IMG/VR virus record: IMGVR_UViG_3300042482_000702
Location: 248,001 to 312,000 of that record
Length of the DNA: 64,000 nucleotides
Reading direction: 5' to 3' (one strand)
Positions 39,783 through 47,111 of the stretch are shown here, in pieces. The position numbers and the translations under genes were made by a program. Position 1 is the first letter of the stretch. Each line of letters begins with the position of its first letter. The notes beneath the pieces are model-generated. The model did not search any database, had not been told where the DNA came from, and was given only the letters and a program-made list of their open reading frames with translations.

Positions 39783-40430
39783 TTATTTTAACCATTTTCT
39801 AACAGCGTTATCACTAACACCATATTTACGACCTGTTCCTCTATACCCAAGATTAATAATATCTTGTTTTATTTGTTCTATGGACGGTCTTTCAACTTTT
39901 CTATTTTGTTTATTTGAACATTTAATACATTTATCACTTTTTTTATCTTTTGTACTACCACATTCACAATGATATTTAATTTTATTGGATTTCCCGGAAT
40001 ATGTACTAGTTTGGGAGTGACAATTAGGACATAAAAATCTTAAATTTTCTATTCTATTATCATTATTAACTCCATTTATATGGTCTAAATGTAGACTAAT
40101 ATTTTTACCATTCCACACCCCATTATTACCACATTCAATACATTTATATTCAAGTAAATTTTTCTTTAATATTCTATTTTTAATTTTTTGTCTTGGAAAT
40201 GTTGAATTTTCAACAAAAACATCCTCATCTAATCTAACCTCTTTAGGTCCAGTCCCATAATAATTATATTTAGGAATCTCTAATCCCAATTTAATTATTC
40301 TATCTTTAATGTTCCTATAACCACCCGAACCATTTGGTGATAAATTAAATAATAAAATAACCTCTCTCATAGATTTTGAATTATTCAAAATTTCAAATAA
40401 CTCTTCTTTTGTAATAGTTTTTAAGTTCAT
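39783..40430 (-). CDS. HNH homing endonuclease inside the tRNA array
   Basis: CIECG...LHLDHINGVNNDNRIENLRFLCPNCHSQT; C-terminal HTH. Confidence 0.9.
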   Translation of the reverse strand: MNLKTITKEELFEILNNSKSMREVILLFNLSPNGSGGYRNIKDRIIKLGLEIPKYNYYGTGPKEVRLDEDVFVENSTFPRQKIKNRILKKNLLEYKCIECGNNGVWNGKNISLHLDHINGVNNDNRIENLRFLCPNCHSQTSTYSGKSNKIKYHCECGSTKDKKSDKCIKCSNKQNRKVERPSIEQIKQDIINLGYRGTGRKYGVSDNAVRKWLK

Positions 40431-40661
40431 ATTATGTCTTTTATTATAAATATCTTAAAAAATACCAAAGTTCACCATAACCTATGTTTTACCAAAAATA
40501 ATAACATAATCATTCGTAGTCCCCTGCCGGGCAACCCTCCTACTTTTTCACACAATCCGGATGCCTCCAAATCTAATTTTCTTTTTTACCCCTATTAAGA
40601 AACGCGTTTTCCGTTCGGTAGTTCAAGCCCATTTTCGTGAGTTAAATAATTATGTTATTTG

Positions 40662-40744
40662 AGTTCAGGGTCGGATTCGAACCGACGAGGACTTTCGTCA
40701 TTGGTTTTGCAGACCAATCTAATCAACCACTCTAGCACCTGAAC
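40662..40744 (-). tRNA. tRNA-Cys(GCA) with long variable arm
   Basis: Loop CTGCAAA; U73; GAC-GAAA-GTC variable hairpin. Confidence 0.88.
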
Positions 40745-40805
40745 ATTTAAAGTAAAATATAATTTACAAATACACCCATTTTTGTAAATTATATTTAATG
40801 TTAAT

Positions 40806-41186
40806 TTAATAACCTATTTCATCTTTAACCTCCCATTGTTTATCAATGGGGATTCTTTCAATCTTTTCCACCGGAACAAATCCGTCAAATCCTTTGTCTT
40901 TAACATCTTCAAAATGTTCTATGGTGTCCAAGTAAAATCCAAATTGATATCTAACGTATTGGAACTTCTCTCCGTCCCAATAAGCGACGTGGTTGTTTCT
41001 ACAGAAACCATTATACCACCCCTCAACCATTTCATTTTTTGGTATCATCATTTCTATTTTTATATTAGCACCCTTGTCTATATAGCCTGAATCTCTCAAG
41101 CGCCATGCCTTATTAGGGTCTCTATATAAACTTAGGGTCACGTAGTTACTGGATGAACCCAAATAACTTACTTGCTGAGAACTCAT
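40806..41186 (-). CDS. Hypothetical protein (true start probably downstream, near MIPKNEM)
   Basis: ORF; the annotated 5' end overlaps an RNA motif. Confidence 0.55.
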   Translation of the reverse strand: MSSQQVSYLGSSSNYVTLSLYRDPNKAWRLRDSGYIDKGANIKIEMMIPKNEMVEGWYNGFCRNNHVAYWDGEKFQYVRYQFGFYLDTIEHFEDVKDKGFDGFVPVEKIERIPIDKQWEVKDEIGY

Positions 41187-41250
41187 TTGTGTTGATAGAG
41201 GCGTTCTCTATACGTTTAATTTACCTATTCCTTTCTCAAGGGAACAACAC
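41171..41250 (-). ncRNA. Pseudoknotted scaffold RNA, copy A
   Basis: GTGTTGTTCCCTTGAGAAAGGAA-[insert]-AACACAAATGAGTTCTCAG. Confidence 0.65.
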
Positions 41251-41547
41251 ATCTACCATTTCTGATAGTATCTTTATGTAAATAACCAAGACAATTGTAC
41301 AAATGCTACCACGTATTTCTTTGGTTCACTTATTATTTACAAAGGTTTCAATGTTTAACCTATTTTTACAACGATACAATTACATTTCTACTTTTGAGAA
41401 TCTTTCTCAAAAAAACTAATCTTTTTCTATGATTAACATACTCATCAGCATCATTGGCTTTATGACCTCTAAATATTGATTCGGTTATCTCACAATCCAA
41501 TTTAATAATTTCGGTTATTATCTCCTCCGTGGTTAAATTACTTTTTT

Positions 41548-41871
41548 TCATATCTTCTCAAATTCGTCTTCAAATCCGTACCACTCATCACCATTTTCAT
41601 CTTCGTACCAACATTTGTATTCTCGCTCGTACCGATTCCAATCAATTCTTGTTAATTCAACTTCATTTCCCCCATCTTTGTTTATAACCACTTCACCCAC
41701 TTGGAATGTTTGTGGTGCGTAATTGTCGATTGTTTTACTTTGAATAATTAAATCTCCAACACTTTTAACCTCATCGGTTTGGATATTGGTGTAATTTCCT
41801 CCGGATGATAATTTCCACCCTTTACTATACAACCAAATCGTAAAATCTAAAATTTCTTTTTCTAATAACAT
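41548..41871 (-). CDS. Hypothetical protein
   Basis: ORF downstream of a TAnnTTTG promoter at about 41893. Confidence 0.55.
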   Translation of the reverse strand: MLLEKEILDFTIWLYSKGWKLSSGGNYTNIQTDEVKSVGDLIIQSKTIDNYAPQTFQVGEVVINKDGGNEVELTRIDWNRYEREYKCWYEDENGDEWYGFEDEFEKI

Positions 41872-41903
41872 AATACATCTGTTTTGTGAGTACAAAGATA
41901 ATA

Positions 41904-42236
41904 CTATTTTTTACCCAATCCTACAATCGTAACACTTTTAATCTTTTTTTTACCTTTTTTAACTTTTTTCTCAACTTTTGGTTGGGAAACTCTACTTTGT
42001 TTCGCCAATACCTTCCTTGTTCTTTTACACATTTTTTCTAAAATCTCCAATGATTCAAGATTCTTAAAGAAAACAGTTAGAAGTTCTTCCGATTCGTCTG
42101 AAGAATAAATATTATCACCAATCATTCTTGGTTTTAATAATTTATTAAAACTAATAAATGGTGTTTGAGTAATATTCTCAATTCCCGCACCCATAGACAA
42201 TTCTCCCAATCCCGCAACAACAATACTTTTTTTCAT
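41904..42236 (-). CDS. Hypothetical protein
   Basis: ORF track. Confidence 0.55.
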   Translation of the reverse strand: MKKSIVVAGLGELSMGAGIENITQTPFISFNKLLKPRMIGDNIYSSDESEELLTVFFKNLESLEILEKMCKRTRKVLAKQSRVSQPKVEKKVKKGKKKIKSVTIVGLGKK

Positions 42237-42297
42237 AATTTTTATATATTTAATTTCGACAAAGATAATACAATTTTTTAAACTACCAAACTTTATT

Positions 42298-42807
42298 TTA
42301 AAAAAATAAATAAGGTTCCCATTCTTTTGGGATATCGTGATGAACTTGTTTCATTAACATCAGATAATGTGGTCGTCTTGGTTGAGGTATGTCTTTACCA
42401 TATTCCTCTAACGTCAAATTGGACTTCTCACCGTTACATCTCCTACAAGCGGTAACCAAGTTGTCCCAACTATCTTTACCCCCCTTAGATTGGGGTACTA
42501 CATGGTCTAATGTTAATGTCTTTCTGTTATTACACCCACAATATACACATTCAAAGTTATCTCTACGATAAACATTCTCTCTATTTAAAGGAACTTTTTG
42601 TATGATTTGATTAACATACTTATATACCCGAATGATTGATGGTTTTTTGATGTCCAATTCAGGATTTACTAATTTGAATGATTCCGGATGTTCGTTTATA
42701 ACATCGGCATTACCTTTATAAGAAATGACGAAAGCCCTCTCTGTGGAAATAATACTCCTCGCCATGAAACTTGAATCTAAAACCAAAGTTTTTTGGTAAC
42801 TACTCAC
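42298..42807 (-). CDS. HNH endonuclease (McrA-like)
   Basis: RDNFECVYCG...TLDHVVPQSKGGKDSWDNLVTACRRCN. Confidence 0.9.
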   Translation of the reverse strand: MSSYQKTLVLDSSFMARSIISTERAFVISYKGNADVINEHPESFKLVNPELDIKKPSIIRVYKYVNQIIQKVPLNRENVYRRDNFECVYCGCNNRKTLTLDHVVPQSKGGKDSWDNLVTACRRCNGEKSNLTLEEYGKDIPQPRRPHYLMLMKQVHHDIPKEWEPYLFF

Positions 42808-42837
42808 GATTTCTAATTTTTAATTAAACATTTTTTT

Positions 42838-43437
42838 TTACTCTAAACTATCAGGATAGTATAAAAGTGTTGGATTTTTCTTTTGGATGTCTATCTCCGG
42901 AAATTTTTCTTGGAATTTTCTAACATCAAATTTTCTGGTAATTAAATGAACACCATTTTTTGTTGGGATGACAGCCTCAACTTTATCACCAACCGGTTGT
43001 AAAACAATTAGAAATTTTGACACTTCAAAAAGAGTATCAAAATCTTTAGTATCAATATCTACAATCCATCTTTTTTCCTGTGTCTTAATTTGACCCACAA
43101 CCGAATCAAATAAACCTTTTTGGTTTTGAACCCCATTTTTGATTCTCTCAGCAAGAAGTGCTAACATATCCAAAGATACATCACGATGATTTTGTTTTTG
43201 GATGTGGATGTAAGCTCTCGCTTTAAACATCTCACATAATTGGATAATCTCATCATACCTTTTCTCCAAATGCTCAATACTATCAATACAGTAAGTTTTA
43301 ATTGTTCTTACTGATTGGTGATTGTCCCTCTCATCGATGGGTTGGTCTTTTTTACGCTTAAAAACATATAACATATAAAAATCACCCTTTTCGGAGAAAT
43401 TTAACAATGGTTTCAGTTGTTCGATGTTGTTTATCAT
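42838..43437 (-). CDS. Conserved phage protein with AEP/PrimPol-like DxD and TxxGxH motifs
   Basis: WIVDIDTKD and PTKNGVHLI. Confidence 0.5.
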   Translation of the reverse strand: MINNIEQLKPLLNFSEKGDFYMLYVFKRKKDQPIDERDNHQSVRTIKTYCIDSIEHLEKRYDEIIQLCEMFKARAYIHIQKQNHRDVSLDMLALLAERIKNGVQNQKGLFDSVVGQIKTQEKRWIVDIDTKDFDTLFEVSKFLIVLQPVGDKVEAVIPTKNGVHLITRKFDVRKFQEKFPEIDIQKKNPTLLYYPDSLE

Positions 43438-43453
43438 TATTTCTATTTTTTTG

Positions 43454-43524
43454 TTCCCCCAGGTGGTATCGAACCAACTTCCCGATATTAAAAGTATCGT
43501 GCTTCACCTTAAAGCTTTGGGGGA
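43454..43524 (-). tRNA. tRNA-Lys(TTT)
   Basis: Loop CTTTTAA. Confidence 0.88.
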
Positions 43525-43606
43525 GTTTGAGCTCATTTCACTTTGTTATTTGGCTCAAAACATAACTAATTTGAGCTTAATAATCAAAGTTTGTGAGCCA
43601 CATTTG

Positions 43607-43678
43607 TTGTTCCGGTAGGATTTGAACCTACGACCGCTGAAGTATCAGTTCAGAACTCTACCGCTGAGTTACGGAACA
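43607..43678 (-). tRNA. tRNA-Ile(GAT)
   Basis: Loop CTGATAC. Confidence 0.9.
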
Positions 43679-43684
43679 ATATTG

Positions 43685-43756
43685 TCGGGATAGCAGGGGT
43701 CGAACCTGCCGCCTCTTGGTCCCAAACCAAGCGTCTCACCCCAAGACTATATCCCG
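43685..43756 (-). tRNA. tRNA-Pro(TGG)
   Basis: C1-G72; loop TTTGGGA. Confidence 0.9.
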
Positions 43757-43827
43757 AATAATAAACTACCACCTGACTCTTTTCGAACTTTGCAGGCTCG
43801 TATCATTCCCTAATGGTAGTTATTTTG

Positions 43828-43901
43828 TCTAAATGACTGGACTCGAACCAGCGGTCTCTACATTCCAAGTGTAGCGGATTAACCAACTTTCCCACATCTA
43901 G
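43828..43901 (-). tRNA. tRNA-Pro(TGG), second copy
   Basis: Loop CTTGGAA (A37 instead of G37). Confidence 0.85.
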
Positions 43902-43920
43902 ATTTTAATTTTATTTTCTG

Positions 43921-44006
43921 CGGAGAGCAGAATACTTGAAATCCATCCCTTTTACAGAACCACTCGCTTAGCAGGCGGTGACAATACCCTGATTGTTTTA
44001 CTCTCC
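43921..44006 (-). tRNA. tRNA-Ser(GCT)
   Basis: Loop CTGCTAA; long variable arm; G73. Confidence 0.8.
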
Positions 44007-44012
44007 ATTTTG

Positions 44013-44084
44013 TGTCCCCAAGAGGATTCGAACCCCTATCTCTGATGCCGTAAATCAAAATTCTATCCGTTGAACTATGGTGAC
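44013..44084 (-). tRNA. tRNA-Arg(ACG)
   Basis: Loop TTACGGC. Confidence 0.8.
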
Positions 44085-44088
44085 AATT

Positions 44089-44208
44089 TGAGGTTGAGAA
44101 CTCCTCTGTGTTGTGTGTTTAAGACTAACTTTTTATACACTAAATAGGACTTACGCAAGTAGGTTGGCCTAATTTTAATACTTAATTCCCCTCTCACAGG
44201 AACAACAC
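44089..44208 (-). ncRNA. Pseudoknotted scaffold RNA, copy B
   Basis: GTGTTGTTCCTGTGAGAGGGGAA-[~73 nt]-AACACAGAGGAGTTCTCAACCTCA. Confidence 0.65.
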
Positions 44209-44213
44209 GGCTG

Positions 44214-44303
44214 TGAGGTTGAGAACTCCTCTGTGTTAGTCTTTACTAGTTAATTGCAATAACCGTGTAGCCACTCTATTTTCCCCTCTCACAGGAACAA
44301 CAC
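44214..44303 (-). ncRNA. Pseudoknotted scaffold RNA, copy C
   Basis: Same 23-nt and 24-nt flanks as copy B, with a different ~43-nt insert. Confidence 0.65.
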
Positions 44304-44306
44304 ATT

Positions 44307-44495
44307 TTACTTCCATTGAGTTTTTCGGTTATACTTCCAAGTTTTATGTTCTCTGTATTTGTGAGAGAACTGACCTCTTCTATAATGAACACCCTCATCC
44401 CAATAAGGTGGATATTCAAACTTTAACCAAATTACTCTGTAATCTTTGGAACAAGTTGCCTTGTTCAGTTTCATTCTGTTTGTGTTTACACTCAT
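44307..44495 (-). CDS. Small basic hypothetical protein
   Basis: C-terminal TWKYNRKTQWK. Confidence 0.6.
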   Translation of the reverse strand: MSVNTNRMKLNKATCSKDYRVIWLKFEYPPYWDEGVHYRRGQFSHKYREHKTWKYNRKTQWK

Positions 44496-44545
44496 AATCT
44501 TGAGTCTGTTGTTTAGCAGACCTCAAAGATTATCCAATACCTTTT

Positions 44546-44803
44546 TCATAACCGTAATTTATAAATTCTTTTATAATCATCCATCGCCGACTTCAGATTT
44601 ACAATACATTCTCGGTAATTAACATTATCACCAAGATTAAATCTTTCATTTTCTTGTTCCCTCTTGAATAACACTTTCAATGAATTATCAATGTTAGATA
44701 GAATGTCCAAGTAAATCATTTCCTTATCTTTGGATTTTTTTAAATCAAATTTCAAATCAACAATTAGACCTTCTAATTCTTCAATTTTTTTATCTTCATC
44801 CAT
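44546..44803 (-). CDS. Small coiled-coil protein
   Basis: ORF track. Confidence 0.55.
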   Translation of the reverse strand: MDEDKKIEELEGLIVDLKFDLKKSKDKEMIYLDILSNIDNSLKVLFKREQENERFNLGDNVNYRECIVNLKSAMDDYKRIYKLRL

Positions 44804-44817
44804 AACAAATAATTTTG

Positions 44818-44890
44818 GGAGTTAGTTCGGTATCGAACCGAATTCTTTGGTACCACAAACCAACGCTTCACCGTTAAAGCTTCAAACTCC
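44818..44890 (-). tRNA. tRNA-His(GTG)
   Basis: Encoded G-1 pairing with C73; loop TTGTGGT. Confidence 0.9.
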
Positions 44891-44954
44891 ATATTACCCC
44901 ACTTCCCCGGCTTAACGGACCGAGTGCCATATAGGAGGTGTGGGGGTAACCTCG

Positions 44955-45026
44955 CTCCTCCGGGTGGGATTGAACCACCATGATTTGATTAACAGTCAAA
45001 CATAATTACCATTATATGACAGAGGA
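44955..45026 (-). tRNA. tRNA-Asn(GTT)
   Basis: Loop CTGTTAA; G73. Confidence 0.9.
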
Positions 45027-45176
45027 AGATATGACCACTATGTTATTTTGCGAACGTATGAAGCTCGTATCATTGTTAAGTCATAGTAGTCCAAGGCGTT
45101 ACGCACCCATCTGGTAACTTTACTTCTCTTGAGTCCGGGTAAGCGCTTACCAACTCGGGGGTTGTTTCCTTGTTTG

Positions 45177-45249
45177 TGGGGACTACCGGTTACGCTCCGG
45201 TCTCCTTGATTCTTCAGACCAATGCTTTCACTAGATTAGCTTAATCCCC
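45177..45249 (-). tRNA. tRNA-Phe(GAA)
   Basis: Loop CTGAAGA; T-loop AGCGTAA. Confidence 0.85.
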
Positions 45250-45392
45250 AATTAAAATGATGGTGAGATACCCGTTTCGTCTCACTCTTGACTGCTTAAT
45301 AGTAGTTTTACTGTGCACAGGCAGAGGGTTATAATTTCGTTTATTGTAATCAGAATTGTCGACATTCTTTCATACAGAAATTCATCATTTTG

Positions 45393-45473
45393 TGGGACAC
45401 TATGGAATCGAACCATACCCTACTACAGAACGGTGTTACAGACCGCTTATCACACCAGTGACTGAAGCATCCC
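45393..45473 (-). tRNA. tRNA-Tyr(GTA)
   Basis: Loop CTGTAAC; variable arm. Confidence 0.85.
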
Positions 45474-45479
45474 TTTTTG

Positions 45480-45550
45480 TACCTCGTGATGGTTATGCTC
45501 CACCGCCATTTGTATGTAAAACAAATACGCTCCTATTACGCCAACGAGGT
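45480..45550 (-). tRNA. tRNA-Val(TAC)
   Basis: Loop TTTACAT; T-loop AGCATAA. Confidence 0.8.
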
Positions 45551-45643
45551 AAATAAAATTAACAATTGCTATCAGGATTTAAACGTCGCTCAGAATACTT
45601 ACTGACGCCCACCGATTGGGTACGATGACTAGTTAATTTTTTG

Positions 45644-45715
45644 TACCGATGGGTGGGATTGAACCACCGACACCTTCCGTATGAAAGAAGTGCTCTACCA
45701 CTGAGCTACATCAGT
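45644..45715 (-). tRNA. tRNA with CAT anticodon (Met/Ile2)
   Basis: Canonical cloverleaf; loop TTCATAC. Confidence 0.8.
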
Positions 45716-45769
45716 ATTTTGGTGGATATAGGCTCATCACCTATTCGTGGGTTTCCACCGAACCCCTCG

Positions 45770-45841
45770 TTACCCCTAATGGAATCGAACCACTCCCGCA
45801 TGGACCAAAACCATGTGTACTAACCGATATACGAAGGGGCA
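45770..45841 (-). tRNA. tRNA-Gln(TTG)
   Basis: U1-A72; loop TTTTGGT. Confidence 0.88.
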
Positions 45842-45847
45842 AAATTG

Positions 45848-45929
45848 CGGAAGAGACAGGATTCGAACCTGCAAAGCTGTTACACCCGATAGTTTTCAAG
45901 ACTACTTAACGACCACTGTCCACTCTTCC
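45848..45929 (-). tRNA. tRNA-Ser(TGA)
   Basis: Loop CTTGAAA; long variable arm; G73. Confidence 0.88.
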
Positions 45930-46019
45930 ATTTTATTCTTACCAATATGTCAAATAACTAATTCCTTTATTTTGATGGGACAAAGGTAATCCTTTTTTTT
46001 TAACTTCCAAACTTTTTTA

Positions 46020-46201
46020 TAAAAAAAAATCCCGAACTTTTTGAGTTCAGGATTTTGGTTATATTTTATGTTTAACTTTTATATTGTCGTTAAATCATTT
46101 AATAAACTATCTGAACTTGTATGCGAAATACGCGGATACGAACAATTACTAAATTGTTGGTTCCAAATCACGACATTCATATGTTTATTAGTATTTTTCA
46201 T
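46020..46201 (-). promoter_or_regulatory. Leader peptide (46079..46201) plus terminator/antiterminator: putative attenuator
   Basis: 40-aa ORF; AGTTCAG in the ORF is complementary to the terminator arm CTGAACT; upstream TTTG...TAAGTTTG promoter. Confidence 0.55.
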
Positions 46202-46428
46202 TTTTCTTTTTTTTGTGGTATCTCTACCTGTGTTTCTTATAATTATATCAAACTTACGAAAAGTTTAAATAGTTGTCAAATTTTTTTCAATAATTTTATT
46301 TAACTCCTCTATGTGGTACTCCTCCATCCATTCAGCAATTTTACTGTTGGTATCAGCAAAAACACCAAATTCCTTGAAATGTTCCTCTTGTTTTTTATCT
46401 AAAAAAATTTTAGCATTAATGTCGTCCA

Positions 46429-46689
46429 TTACGGTAATTTTTTTGAAATAGTGAAAATGATGTCTTCATCTTCTTTTGTCAATACCATTTTTGAATGATA
46501 TAATTTATTTAAAGCCTCATACCACTCATCATCTATTCCATCTTTACTCGATAATTTAACCTTCCCGTTGAATGAATTTAAATGTCCTTCTTCAATAAGA
46601 ATCTCAATTAATTCTATAATCTCACTACGAGAACACTCTGATACATATTCTGAAGGGTCAACATCAATATAAGTACTAAAATCCGCCAT
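46429..46689 (-). CDS. Hypothetical protein
   Basis: ORF track. Confidence 0.55.
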   Translation of the reverse strand: MADFSTYIDVDPSEYVSECSRSEIIELIEILIEEGHLNSFNGKVKLSSKDGIDDEWYEALNKLYHSKMVLTKEDEDIIFTISKKLP

Positions 46690-46692
46690 AAT

Positions 46693-46953
46693 TTATAAAT
46701 TTTCTAATCTGTTAATAATTTTTGTTACTTCTTCTTTTGTGTTCCACCCTGATTGATTATCACCATCTTCAAATGGAACAAATTTATTGAGAGTTTTGTA
46801 GAACGCGGCAACTTCAAAAGTTGTTATACCATCTCCATATAATCCCTCTCCACCAACCACAGAAACTAATATATCGTTTCCTAAATCCAATTTTGCTTGG
46901 ACACCTTTTCGTATTGGATATGGTTTAAACTCTAAATCGTCAAATGTTTTCAT
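46693..46953 (-). CDS. Conserved small phage protein (MKTFDDLEF type)
   Basis: VSVV...GLYGDG...FEVA pattern. Confidence 0.65.
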   Translation of the reverse strand: MKTFDDLEFKPYPIRKGVQAKLDLGNDILVSVVGGEGLYGDGITTFEVAAFYKTLNKFVPFEDGDNQSGWNTKEEVTKIINRLENL

Positions 46954-47111
46954 AGGACAAAAGTAATATAAATTATTTAATAAACAAAACTTATTTTAAA
47001 AAAGTTTTAGGCAACAAAAAGATGTCCGAAGACATCTTTTTGCTAGATGTGGTATTTTCCCCTTTCTTTTTAAATGGTTAATACCATCCGGTTTCTACAC
47101 CGGAGGTAAGT

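Noticed and set aside
44089-44303. CRISPR mini-array
   Set aside because: Two different flanks per unit, unequal insert lengths, internal pseudoknot and no cas genes; treated as scaffold RNAs
34309-45929. Theta/HDV-like or hammerhead ribozymes at tRNA 3' ends
   Set aside because: I could not fit the nested double pseudoknot or a CUGANGA/GAAA core by eye; a motif search could overturn this
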